Position numbers and translations under genes: made by a program. The notes under the pieces are model-generated. The model was not told the origin of the DNA and made no database searches. It saw only the letters and a program-made list of their open reading frames with translations. A DNA stretch of 64,000 bases from NCBI RefSeq assembly GCF_018350175.1, contig NC_058368.1:211980001-212044000 (forward strand), in the 5' to 3' direction. Position 1 is the first letter of the stretch. Each line of letters starts with the position of its first letter. Shown piece after piece: positions 49,020 to 61,413 of the stretch. The stretch is from Felis catus (lineage: Eukaryota).

Positions 49020-50238
49020 TTCTTTTGAGTCTATTCCCATTCTCCTTCAAGGATCTAAGAAAGGTGAGCAGGTTACAGAGCAGATTGGAATGAAAAGTGA
49101 CTTTTTTGGCTCAGATCCAGAACTGGTAATAGAAGGTGATTCTCTTGGGCATTCAGCTTCAGGAAAGCATGGAGTCAGTATTTCATCTGGAAAGCAAACC
49201 ATAGATGAGTTCTTCCAGCATGATCTGGCTCCAGTTAGGTGGGAAGAGACCAACAAACTGTAGCCACCTGGATACCAGTTGTATACAGATTTATGTTTAT
49301 GTGTTGGTGGAGAGAGAGGTGCAGAGCTCAGCTAGGAATCTTTCCACCACACTCTCCTCCAAACCAGTGGATGTCTCTTCATCCCCTCTTCTTCTGTGTG
49401 ACACACACATGGGGTCCATGCATGTGAGCAGGTGTCCTTCTTCCCCTCCAGCTGGTGAGTCAGCCAGCTCTCTCAGGTCACCATCCAGCTTCTGAGGAAT
49501 ATTTAGACTGAACAGGTGATTTCCGGGTGCAAGCTGCAAGGCTGGCCTCGTGGAAGAATGCAGATAAAAGTGCTTTGGGAAAATGCTTGTTTGGCTTGCG
49601 TGCATTCTCATTCATGTTACTCGTAAACAGTTATATATTCTCAACTGGAGCCCCATTTGTTTCTTCTGTACTACCTGAGTCCAAATGTGAGGCTAAAGAG
49701 ATACCAATAAATCCTTCTTGTTGGTGAATTTTTTCTCTTCAAGGACATCAGTATTGATAGCAGTTGCACAAAGGGACCCCGCATCAGCTTTCCCTGGGGG
49801 GTCCTTGAGTTCTTCTTTCTTTCTTTTTTTTTAAATTTTTTAAAATGTTTATTTATTTTTGAGAGAGACAGAGACAGAATGCAAGTGGGTTAGGGGCAGA
49901 GAGAGAGGGAGACACAGAATCGGAAGCAGGCTCCAAGCTCTGAGCTGTCAGCACAGAGCCTGACGTGGGGCTCAAACTCACGAGCTGTGAGATCATGCAT
50001 GACCTGAGCCAAAGTCGCACGCTCAACCAACTGAGCCACCCAGGCACCCCCCTTGAGTTCTTATTTCTGTGGAACAAATGAGCTTTATCAACAACAGGCT
50101 CACATTCTCCTCATGTCCCTGTTCTCTCAGTGTCGAAATGGAACCAAATCTCAGCACTGCACGAGTCTGTTTACAGCTATTTTATTACAATCTGGACCTT
50201 GTTAGTTTTCTCAATCCCATGGGCCTCAGAGAAAGATT
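49020..50238 (-). pseudogene. candidate decayed large exon of nested antisense gene (interrupted by one SINE)
   Basis: Acceptor gactttttttctcag|AATC and donor GAA|gtatgt; S/E/K-rich partial frames (minus ORFs 49297-49611 and 49047-49256); stops and frameshifts. Confidence 0.5.
49815..50050 (-). mobile_element. Can-SINE
   Basis: TSD ccttgagttctt 49803-49814 and 50051-50062. Confidence 0.95.
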
Positions 50239-50879
50239 CTGAGAAAAAAAGTCATGTCTCCTAAGAAAGGTCAGAAATTTGAAGTCACATGTAACCGCTG
50301 ATTTAGTGGTAGTTAAAACATTACCACCCTGCATTTGTAAAGCACTTTGCATTGGCACTTTTATAAGCCTTAGCTGATTTGGTTCATCTAACAGCCCTGT
50401 GAGGTAGTAGGCATTATCTCTGTTTTACCGGCTGGGTGACCTATTCAAAGCCACACAGCTGTTCTTATGACTGCCAGTAAAGTGTGCCATTTTTCCTATT
50501 CCCCTTGTTATTAAAGATATTTTAACATCAGTAATCAAAACAGGAAGCCAGTTGTGACATTTATGTTAAGATCTGGTTATATTACTGGTCTAATGAAGCA
50601 AATATTTTGGAAAGACACCCAAGTTAGAGACTGGCCATAGACAGTAGCCTCCTTTCATGGAGTGCCTCTTGCCTGTTGACTGTGGAGGCTGCTCAGAGAG
50701 TCTTCAGACTTGTCTGCAGAGCAGGGCAGCCCTGGCTTGCTGAGGTATAGCGAGGGGCTTGAACTTGGAAGCTTTCACTGTTTCCCTAAGCCTCCAGTGT
50801 TTCCAGGTTTACTTTTGCAAGCTTATTATTGACTAAATGGCTGTATTGATTCTATACAATAAGATGACATAAAATATGG

Positions 50880-51110
50880 AAACGCTTAATGTTCAATAAG
50901 ACTATGAGCCAGGCTCTCTTCTAAGAGCTTTGCATACATTAACTCATTTGGTCTTCATAACGACATTTGATTATTCCCACTTTTCAATTGAGAAGGCTGA
51001 AACTGAGCAAGTCATTTGCCCAAGGTCACAATGCTAATATATGGAGGAGCTGGGATTGAACCCACTAAAATTCCAGAGTCTGAGCTCCCAGTCACTTCAG
51101 TATGATGCCT
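50880..51110 (-). mobile_element. MIR
   Basis: attattcccacttttc...gtcatttgcccaaggtcaca...ggagctgggattgaaccc. Confidence 0.7.
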
Positions 51111-51951
51111 TAGGCAGGTCTTCTAGGGCAAGCTCATTTTTTCATTTATATAAAACTCAGATCCTTAGATTTAAGTCCATCCTAGGAGATCATTGGCAAA
51201 GGAGTTTTCTAAACATCTCAAATGGGGACCAAGAAAACTTCCTGAAAAGAAAAGAGAGTTGAGGCATATACCACTTCTAGACCTAACCTCCAGGAAGTTA
51301 CTCATTGATGGGCGTTCTCCAGCATATTGCTGATTCCCATAACTGTGAAATGAGAGTGGCCCCTTTCCCCTGGAAACTGACAGAGGACTTTGCACCGTAG
51401 ACTCCAGGAAACTCAGTCTCAGATCAGGGACTCAGCATTCTGTTCTTTGTTTCCTTGAGAGCAGAATGGCATCATTTCAAGTCAAGCAGCCATACGAACA
51501 TGAGGCTGGGCTACCCACATACAGGTAAACGTTCTAAACAATTTTCAGTGGAGTATGGAGTATAGGTACCAACTCCATAACAGGGCAACTGAGAAGCATA
51601 GGTGCTTAATTTAAGATTCCTAGATGCCCAGCAATGGGTTTTAGGGGCAGGGGGATGAACTTGCATAATTGTGTGCCACATTTTGGTTACATGTGTATGG
51701 TATACTTTTTTCATTGGAGTCTCAAAGGGATCCATGACCCCAAAACATTGAATAACTATGACGATAAGCTATGACATCTCATGAACTTATTTATGTGTAG
51801 CTTTTCTGGGACATCAGATGGCAGACTATAAAAGCATTGGTTTTATGAATTTTAGGGATCATTGTGATCTATGTAATTTTCACTTTACTAATTGTCTTTA
51901 CATAGATACAGAATTGATTCAAATAGGCCTTTGCATTATGTGTATTTACAG

Positions 51952-52102
51952 ACTGGATTTTTCCATCTACCGCATGGAGACTTCTTCATTGAGCCTGTCA
52001 AAAAGCATCCACTGACTGAGGGAGAGTACCACCCACACATCATTTACAGGGGGCAGAGTCAGAGAGCTCCAGAGCAGAAGGAACCAACCTGCGGATTAAA
52101 GG
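51952..52102 (+). CDS. ADAMTS12: ADAMTS12 internal coding exon (prodomain; equivalent to human exon 3)
   Basis: Acceptor tgtatttacag|ACT, donor AAGG|gtattg; phase 0 to phase 1. Translates as [50 protein letters not shown], which matches the ADAMTS12 prodomain as recalled (human [48 protein letters not shown]). Confidence 0.96.
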
Positions 52103-52356
52103 GTATTGTGACTTAAATTTCCTTACTGCATTGAGGAGTTTGTCTTGGTTCTATTATTGTTTTATTACATCATGACTTATTCTTACTCAAATCTTTTATC
52201 TCCTCCCCACTCTTCTGTTGCCACAAAGTATGTGCCCCTGTAGAATCATTTCACTTCTCCATAGTCTCTTCATATTCTTAATGGGAAGGGGAGAAAGCAT
52301 CTTCTACATCCTTGCCACATTAATCAATGATACTTACATGATATGCACAATGGTGA

Positions 52357-52493
52357 ATTTTTTTTTTTTCTCTAAGTAGGCTTAACGCCCAGGGTGGAGC
52401 CCAGGTTGGGGCTTGAACTCATGACCCTGAAATCAACACTTGAGCTGAGATCAAGAGTTGGACCCTTAATTGACTGAGCCACCCAGGTGCCCC
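52357..52493 (-). mobile_element. Can-SINE (short form)
   Basis: aagtaggcttaacgccc...ctgagccacccaggtgcccc. Confidence 0.88.
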
Positions 52494-54123
52494 TGTTTTT
52501 TTTTTTTTTAAACGTTTTGAATCTTCTAGAGGAAGATAGTTTAAAGACAATGATTTCTACTCTTAACAAAGGTATAGTGTGGAATATTACCAAACTGCTT
52601 GTCATATCTGCCTTTGGAAGGCAGATTTAAATGTTTGATGATGCTGATAATGATGTGTGAAGATAAACTGAAAGATACATCAACAGATATTCATCAGATG
52701 ATGAACTGAGCTAAGCTTCTTTTGGCTGTCTTTTGTTTGTAGTTCACTGACATGTTTCCTGACCTTTGGACCCTGGAGTGACCTGAACTGGTCCTCTCTG
52801 CCTTGTGCTAAACAGTTTCAGGTAGTTTTCAGAGGTAAACTGACCAAGTTATTTACCTGCAATTCCCACATTCTCTTTGATTTGTAGAAGATAATAATCT
52901 ATGCATAAAGCGCCCCTGGAAATGGGAACATTTTCTTAAATATTGCATAGTTTCTCCTTTCTTCAGAGGAAAAAAATTATGGGCCGGGGGCCAGTTAACA
53001 AAAGGAATCATTAATATTATTTATATGTCTTAAGGATTTGGAAACCATGGACCTCAATGAGAAAATAGATAGTGAAGGAATTAGCGCTGGTGGATTCTGA
53101 TCATGGTTTGAGAGGACTCAGAACTTGAGCTTTGCAGGCAAGAGAAGGAAAGGACAAGGGCACAAGTAATTTCTCTACAGACTTCACCCAGACCCTGGGA
53201 TAGATGGTAACTTTCCTGGGAGTGTCTTCTGTAATCTTAGCAGAGCAGAGTATGTAAACAATAAGAAATTTTGAGTCTATAATGTGTTTTTACACGAAAA
53301 TGGACAGCTGCTTATATTCTTTAACTTTAGGAAGCCATTCCAACTTTGTCCTTAATTGGAAAACTTACTGTCTAAATCTCCTTCAAGCAAGAACTGGGAG
53401 AAGATACTTCTTCTGGATGATCTGATTGATTAAATTACTAATTCAGATAACTTAGTCTCAGTGTGAAATTTTAGGGCTCTGATCTAATCACTTGAAGACT
53501 TTCCCAATTCCTATTACACACTGGATGATGGGATAACACTTTGTATGTGTGATTTACTATTTTTTTAGATCACTGGGTCATCACTATGGCAGAGAGAGTG
53601 ATTAGGGCAGTGAGTGAACTTGCCTGGAGAATCACTTCTGTAGCTACAGTTGCTCTGTGAAGTGAGTTAGGCTAATCCTCATCCACCTGCCTTGAACACC
53701 TCTCTGTTGAGGTAGAGTTCATTAATATTGAGTTGAGAATGGCACATATTTAGTCATAAAGGCAGAAAGGATAGATAGGAAAAGAGGGGTTTACAAATGT
53801 CATGTCCCTGTTAGGTCACGCACAATACCTCAGCTATGGCACTTGTCATATCATTTCGTTATTGTGTTTCCCCACCAACCCTAAGGCTTACCATTACTTT
53901 GGAAACTGCTCTGATTAATGCTACTTGGAGAAATATTTGTATTGTGAATTTCTCCACACATATCTTCTAAAAGATATTCTCTTAAACTTGCTTAAGACCT
54001 CCCACTGTCAGAACGGAACAGCTCTTTTGGAAGGACCTTCCAGAATGCCTAATGCAGCTCCTTTTTTTCACCAAAGATGCAATGAGATTCAGACAAAGGA
54101 GTGAACTTTCTATTTTAAAAAAG

Positions 54124-54320
54124 CTTTTTTAATACTTACTTATTTCTGAGAGAGCACAGGCAGGGGAGGAACAGTGAGAGAGGGAGACACAGAATCCGAA
54201 GCAGGCTTCAGGCTCTGAGCTGTCAGCACAGAGCCCGGCGTGGGGCTCAAACTCACAAACTACGAGATCATGACCTGAGCCAAAGTCAGATGCTTAACCA
54301 ACTGAGCCACCCAGGTGCTC
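54124..54320 (-). mobile_element. Can-SINE
   Basis: SINE body in reverse. Confidence 0.92.
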
Positions 54321-55552
54321 TGGTGAAGGGAGTGAACATTCAAAGCCATCAAAGCAGTAGGTGTTCTGAAGTTAGCCAAGCTTAGAAGTCAATGTTCTAT
54401 TATACCTTGGGCTTTATACTCCCTCATGTTTATTCTTATGTCTTCTTTGAATATATAAATCTTGTTTTATCAACAGTCTTGAAAGCCCCATTGGAGTAGG
54501 AATTCCCTTCCCAAACAGTATGTAACGTAGTAGGTGGTGCAAACTAGAAATTTAGTGAATCATTGGAATGAAGTAGTGATTCATAGCCAGATAGATGAGA
54601 CTAGAGTATTCTAGCCTCTTGTCTATATAACATTGATAGAAAGAAAAGAGAAATGTGTATTTTCTAGAAGTTCAGAAGGTGTCAGTTGTTCTGTGAACAT
54701 CTCCCTTCCTAAGATAACAATATGATTTAATGCCTAAATGACAGCTAGAGAATCAAGAATAATCTAATGTGCTTGTGAATATTCTTAAAATATACATGAC
54801 ATTTGGGTTTTAAAAATCTTGCTTTATTTAAATGTACTTGGTCTTTCTAAACAAGGTAATTGTGGTGTTCTTATGTCACATTACCCTGCCGAGATGATGG
54901 AATTAACTGACAGTGGCCATGTCATTAGCCAACATTAAGGTACACTTCATACTTAGGTCAGTTGGTGTTTTGAGGTTGAATTACTGTGATTATATCAAGA
55001 AATATCACCTTTACTTGTGTAACGTGTTCTGCCTTTGTAATGTTCAAGGCAGAAACACCCTTGGTAGTGAAAAAAAAGATGTACTTTAAAAATGCTCTAG
55101 TAGTTCAAGAGAGAAAATGTATCAGTTATTTTCCTCTAAAATGTGTCCCTTTACTTATGTTTATATCCGATGTAGAAAAGTGTTCAGGAATTTCACAATG
55201 GGTCCCTTATCAATATGGTCTAAAAGTTCATTTTACCGACAATGACAAGTTCCTTTATCTGAAGTTTTTTGTCAAGAACATATCACACTGGGACTTGAGT
55301 GGGTTTTAGATGGATATCTGGGGGAACTATGGTTTTAGGAGACTGGGCAAGGGGAGAATTAACACTAGTCAGATAGGTCTGATGCTAACAGCTACAGGGT
55401 TATCAATGGCGGGAAGAGGTCTAGGCAGGTAAGGTCAGAGTTTGGGATTTGATGCATTAGGTATTCTAGGTTAGAAACGTAGGGTCTGGTTCCTGGCATG
55501 CATTTTTGTGTTCAAAATTTATTCATTCAACATCTATATATTGAGTATATTC

Positions 55553-55713
55553 TTTTTTAAATGTTGGTTTATTTATTTTGAGAGAGCACATGAGCATGAA
55601 CTGGGAAGGGGCAGAGAGAGAGAGTGAGAGAGAGAATCCCAAGCAGCCTCTGTACTGTCGGTGTGACCTGAGCTGAGGTTGGACACTTAACTGACTGAGT
55701 CACCCAGGTGCCC
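55553..55713 (-). mobile_element. Can-SINE (internally deleted) within L2
   Basis: SINE ends; TSD tgagta(t/c)attcttt. Confidence 0.85.
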
Positions 55714-56049
55714 TGAGTACATTCTTTATGTCTGGTGCTCCCCTAGGTTCTGTGGGTTCATATGTGAATAGGATATAATTCTTGGTCTTCAGAGCTGACA
55801 GCCTGGATGTGAGACATGGGTAAGTCGGGATCTGGTCCTAGTTTTATTTTTATAATATCTGGTAAGACCATGAAGGAAAATGGGACCTCAATGCATGAAT
55901 TGGGATTTTTGTCACTGTACATTGTATTTTTGCCAGGACATGTAGCTATAATTCATTCATTTTCCCTATCACTGCATTTCATTATGTGAATGTTCCACCT
56001 GATCCTGTCTCCTGTGTGTAGATCTGAACTGCTCCCAGTTGGGGACAAT

Positions 56050-57555
56050 TATATAGGCCAACTAACCTTCAACAAAGCAAGAAAGAGTATCCAATGGAAA
56101 AAAGACAGTCTCTTCAGCAAATGAAGAGAAAACTGGACAGTGACATGCAGAAGAATGACACTGGACCACTTTCTTACACCATACACAAAAATAAACTCAA
56201 AATGGATGAAAGACCTAAATGTGAAATAAGAAACCATCAAAATCCTACAGGAGAAAACAGGCAGCAACTTCTTTGACCTTGGCTGCAGCAACTTCTTACT
56301 AGACATGTCTCTGGAGGCAAGGGAAATAAAAGCAAAAATGAACTACTGGGACCTCATCAATGTAAAAAGCTTCTGCACAGCAAAGGAAACAATCAACAAA
56401 ACTAAAAGTCAACCAATGAAATGGGAGAATATATTTGCAAATGATCTGTTGTATACAGGGTTAGTATCCAAAATCTATAAAGAACTTACCAAACTCAAAA
56501 CCCAAACAATCTAGTGAAAAAATGGCAAAAGACATGAATAGACAGTTTTCCAAAGAAGACATCCAGTTGGCTAATAGATATTTAAAAAGATGCTCAATAT
56601 CACTCATCATCAGGGAAATAAAAGTCAAAACCACAACGAGGTACCACCTCACACCTGTCAGGATGGCTAAAATTGACAACTCAGGAAACAAGAAGATACG
56701 GCGAGGATATGAAGAAAGGGGAACCCTTTTGCACTGTTGGTGGGAATGCAACCTGGAGCAGCCACTCTGGAAAACAGTATGGATGTTCCTTAAAAAATTA
56801 AAAAGAGAACTACCCTATGACCCAGCAATTGCATTTCTAGGGATTTACCCAAGGGATACGAAAATACTGATTCAAAGGGGGCACATGCACCCTAATGTTT
56901 ATAGCAGCACTATCAACAATAGCCAAATTATGGAAAGAGCCCAAATGACCATCAACTGATGAATGGATAAAGAAGATGTGGTATATACTTACATTGAACT
57001 GGATAACATTTGACTCTGCAGTTGTGCAAAACTCATGTGCTTTTTGATCTCAGAAGCTTTCTTTAAGGATAACAGGATGGAGGGTCTCTGTGACTAAGTC
57101 AATCCCTACAATGTGGTATATATATACAATGGAATACTATTTGTCATCAAAAAGAATGAAATCTTGCCATTTGCAACAACGTGGATGGAACTAGAGTGTA
57201 TTATGCTAAGCAAAATAAGTCAGAGAAAGACAAATATCATATGATTTCACTCATAGGTGGAATTTAAGAACCACAACAGATGAACATAGGAGGAGGGAAG
57301 GAAAAATAAGATAAAAACAGAGAAGGAGGCAAACCATAAGAGACTCTTAAATATAGAGAACAAACAGGGTTGCTGCAGGGTGGAGGGGGAGGGTGGAGCG
57401 ATGAGCTAAATGTGTGATGGGAATTAAGGAGGGCACTTGTAGGGATGAGCACTGGGTGTCATACCGAAGTGATGAATCTCTGAGTTCTACTCCAGAAGCC
57501 AATAGTATACTGTATGTTAACTAATTTGAATTTAAATAAATAAAAATTTAAAAAC
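56050..57555 (+). mobile_element. carnivore L1 3' portion
   Basis: ORF2 peptides [21 protein letters not shown] and [15 protein letters not shown]; 3'UTR and A tail. Confidence 0.94.
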
Positions 57556-57975
57556 AAGACTGTTCTTATACATGTTTCTTAGGATTCAAGTCCTTATCAA
57601 AGATAGTGGAATGAATATCTCATAGTCTATATACATCTGACTTTACCAGATGATGCAGACTTGTTTTCCAAAGTTGATATTCAAGCATGGTAAATGAGAG
57701 TTCCCACTGTTCCATGTTCTGTCCAGTACTTGCTATTCTCACTTTTATATTTGGCTGGTCTGGTGGATATGAAGTGGCATTTCTCTATGCTTAGTGTTGA
57801 ACTTAACAAACATATTTGTTATGAAGTTGGACCCCAAATCTATGGCTTGTGGCTACAGATTCTCCATAGTTTTCTCTCCTGTCCCAGAGTTCAAGCCTGG
57901 AGAACCAAGTTTAAGTTTGCTTACTAGTTTCTTTGTTTTCTGGTTCAGTTTTTCATTTATTCTCTAATCCGACTT

Positions 57976-58128
57976 TAAAAAAATGTTTATTTAAGAGAGA
58001 GGGAAAGAGAGAGAGGGCTCAAGTGCATGCATAGGGGTGGGGACAGAGAGAGAGGCATGGGGGGTGGTGGGGACCAGAGAGAGAGAGAGAGGGAGAGAGA
58101 GAGAGAGAGAGGGAGAGAGAGAGAGAGA

Positions 58129-58172
<44 letters not shown>

Positions 58173-58291
58173 AGGCTTCATGGTGTCAGCACAGAGCCCA
58201 ATGGCAGGCTCTATCTCATGAACCGGGAGATCAAGACCTGAGCGGAAATCAAGAGTCAGACACTTAACCAACTGAGCCATCCTGGCATCCC
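57976..58291 (-). mobile_element. Can-SINE with expanded (GA)n
   Basis: SINE head at 58291; long GA run at about 58076-58171. Confidence 0.9.
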
Positions 58292-58362
58292 TCTAATCTG
58301 ACTTTTAAACTTACCATTGTTCCCCAGAGCAAAAGTAGGGAGCAGCAGATGCCCCAGCTGGC

Positions 58363-58761
58363 TGTGTGCATCAGAGTTCAGCCAGAGAAGCAGAACCAGT
58401 AAGAAATATACATTAGGAGATTTATTGCAAGAAAGTGGTTACCACAATAGCGGGGGCTGGCAAGGCAAATCCAAAATCCATGGGCAGACCGTGAGGAAGG
58501 GCAGGCTGCAAGTCTCAGGCTTAGGCTGAAACAGCTGTCCAAGGCAGAATTTCTTCTGGGAAGTCTCAGCTCTGCTCTTAGGATCTTTCAGCTGATTAAA
58601 TCAGACCTACAGATTATCAAGAATAATTCTCTTTACTTTGACTTTATTAATGGACTTTAATTTACACCTATGAAACACCTCTCACAGCAACGTCCAGAGT
58701 AATGTTTGAATAATGGGGACTACAGCCTAGCCAAATTGACACATAAAAAAAGATAATCACA
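58363..58761 (-). mobile_element. MLT2-like LTR
   Basis: cagagaagcagaaccagtaag...ggagatttattgcaag...ctagccaaattgacacataaaa...atcaca. Confidence 0.8.
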
Positions 58762-58981
58762 GTGCATCTTTCGCTTTTCTCTCTGAATTTCTACTTACTT
58801 GTATTTGTTTTTCTTTTTTCTATTTTTGGCCTCTGAGGATTTCTTCCCTCTTTTTTAATGCTAGTTAGGGGACTTAACACTGGGAGAGTTTTTTAGGGTA
58901 TCTGGTCTACCATATTGCAAGAAATCAGTCTTGAGTAGATTTCTTATTGAGGTCATTTGGAAATTTTTGAGTTGCCTTTTA

Positions 58982-59215
58982 TTTTTTTAATTATCATTAT
59001 TATTTTTAATGTTTATTTTTGAGAGAGAGAGAGAGGGAGAGAGAGAGAGGGTGTGAGCGAGGGAGGGGCTGAGAGAGAGACACACACAGAACCTGAGGCA
59101 GGATTCAGGCTCTGAATTGTCAGCACAGAGCCTGATGCAGGACTCGAACTCAAGAACCGTGAGATCATGACCTGAGCAAAGTCAGACGCTTAACCAACTG
59201 AGCCACCAAGGTGTT
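58982..59215 (-). mobile_element. Can-SINE
   Basis: SINE body in reverse. Confidence 0.92.
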
Positions 59216-59345
59216 CTTTGTTTTTTTTTTTTTTTTTTTTTGAGTTGCCTTTTAAATGGTATGCACAGACATTATTAAGTACTAACAAATATTATAAATG
59301 TTATAACATTAACAAAAATCTCATTAGAATAATTAACATAGGTTC

Positions 59346-61372
59346 TTTAATATATGGCTTTTATGATCTCGAGGTATGACCCTTCTATCTCTACTTTCTT
59401 GAGGGTTTTTATCAAGAAAGGATGCTGTATTTTGTCAAATGCTTTCTCTGCATCTATTGAGAGGATCATATGGTTCTTGTCCTTTCTTTTATTGATGTGA
59501 TGAATCACATTGATTGTTTTGTGGATATTGAACCAGTCCTGCATCCCAAGTATAAATTCCACTTGGTTATGGTGAATATTTTTTTAATGTATTGTTGGAT
59601 CTGGTTGGCTAAAACCTTGTTGAGGATTTTTGCATCCACGTTCATCAGGAAAATGGGTCTGTAGTTCTCCTTTTTAGTGGCGTCTTTGTCTGGTTTTGGA
59701 ATCAAGGTAATGCTGGCTTCATGGAAAGAGTTTGGAAGTTTTCCTTCCATTTCTATTTTTTGGAACAGCTTCAGGAGAAGAGGTGTTAACTCTTCCTTAA
59801 ATGTTTGGTAGTATTCCCCTGGAAAGCCATCTGGCCCTGGACTCTTGTTTTTTGGGAGATGTTTGATTATTAATTCAATTTCTTTACTCGTTATGGGTCT
59901 GTTCAAATTTTCTATTTCTTCCATTTCAGTTTTGGTAGTTTATATGTTTATAGGAATTTGTCCATTTCTTCCAGATTGCCCATTTTATTGGCATACAATT
60001 GCTCATAATATTCTCTTCTTATTGTTTTTATTTCTGCTATGTTGGTTGTGATCTCTCCTCTTTAATTCTTGATTTTATTTGGGTCCTTTCCTTTTTCTTT
60101 TTGATAAAACTGGCTAGTGGTTTATCACTTTTGTTAATTCTTTCAAAGAACCAGCTTCTGGTTTCATTGATCTGTTTTACTGTGTTTTTGGTTTCGATAG
60201 CATTGATTTCTGCTTTAATCTTTATTTCCTGTCTTCTGTTGGTTTTGGGTTTTATTTGCTGTTCTTTTATCCTCAATGGGGAAAAACTGAGAGCTTTCCC
60301 CCAAAGGTCAGGAAAAGACAGGGATGTCCACTCTCACCACTGTTGTTCAACATAATATTGGCAGTCTTAGCCATCAGACAACACAAAGAAAAAAAGTCAT
60401 CCAAATCAGCCAGGAGGAGGTCAAACTTTCACACTTCACAGATGACATGATACTCTATATGGAAAACCCAAAAAATTCTGCCAAAAACTTCTAGAATTGA
60501 TCCATGAATTCAGCAAAGTTGCAGGATATAAAATCAATGCACAAAAATCGGTTGCATTCCTATACACCAACAATGAAGCACAGAAAGAGAAATCGAGGTA
60601 TCGATCCCATTTACAATTGCACCAAAAACCCTAAAATGCCTAGGAATAAATCTAACCAAAGAGGTGAAAAATCTATATACTGAAAACTATAGAGAGCTTA
60701 TGAAAGAAATTGAAGAAGACACAACAAAATGGAAAAATATTTCATGCTCCTGGATAGGAAGAACAAATATTGTTAAAATGTCAATACTACCCAAAGCAAT
60801 CTACATATTCAATGCAATCCCTATCAAAATAACACCAGCATTCTTCACAGAGCTAGAACAAACAATCTTAAAATTTGTATGGAACCAGAAAAGACCCAGA
60901 ATAGCCAAAGCAATCTTGAAAAAGAAAACCAAATCCCAGATTTCATCACAATCCCAGACTTCAAGCTGTATTACAAAGCTGTAATCATCAAGAAAGTCTG
61001 GTACTGGCACAAACAGACACTCAGATCAGTGGAACAGGATAGAGAACCCAGAATTGGACCCACAAACATATGGCCAACTAATCTTTGACAAAGCAGGAAA
61101 GAATATGCAATGGAATAAAGATAGTCTCTTCAGCAAGTGGTGCTGGGAAAACTGGACAGCGACATGCAGAAAAATGAACCTGGGCCACTTTCTTACACCA
61201 CAACACAAAAATAAACTCAAAATGGATGAAAGACCTAAATGTAAGACAGGAAGCCATCAAAATCCTCGAGGAGAAAGCAGGAAAAAACCTCTTTGACCTT
61301 GGCCGCAGCAACTTCTTACTCAACACGTCTCAGGAGGCAAGAGAAACAAAAGCAAAAATGAACTATTGGGAC
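59346..61372. mobile_element. L1 ORF2 fragment with inversion (minus 59346-60265, plus 60267-61372) and no 3' end
   Basis: RT-region peptides [16 protein letters not shown] and [13 protein letters not shown] on minus, [17 protein letters not shown] on plus; 9-bp direct repeat cataggttc 59337-59345 and 61373-61381. Confidence 0.92.
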
Positions 61373-61413
61373 CATAGGTTCCCACTTTCCAAACAGGAAA
61401 CTGCTCATTTTAC

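Noticed and set aside
51892..51951. N-terminal extension of ORF 51892-52116
   Set aside because: Lies upstream of the AG acceptor at 51950-51951, so it is intronic
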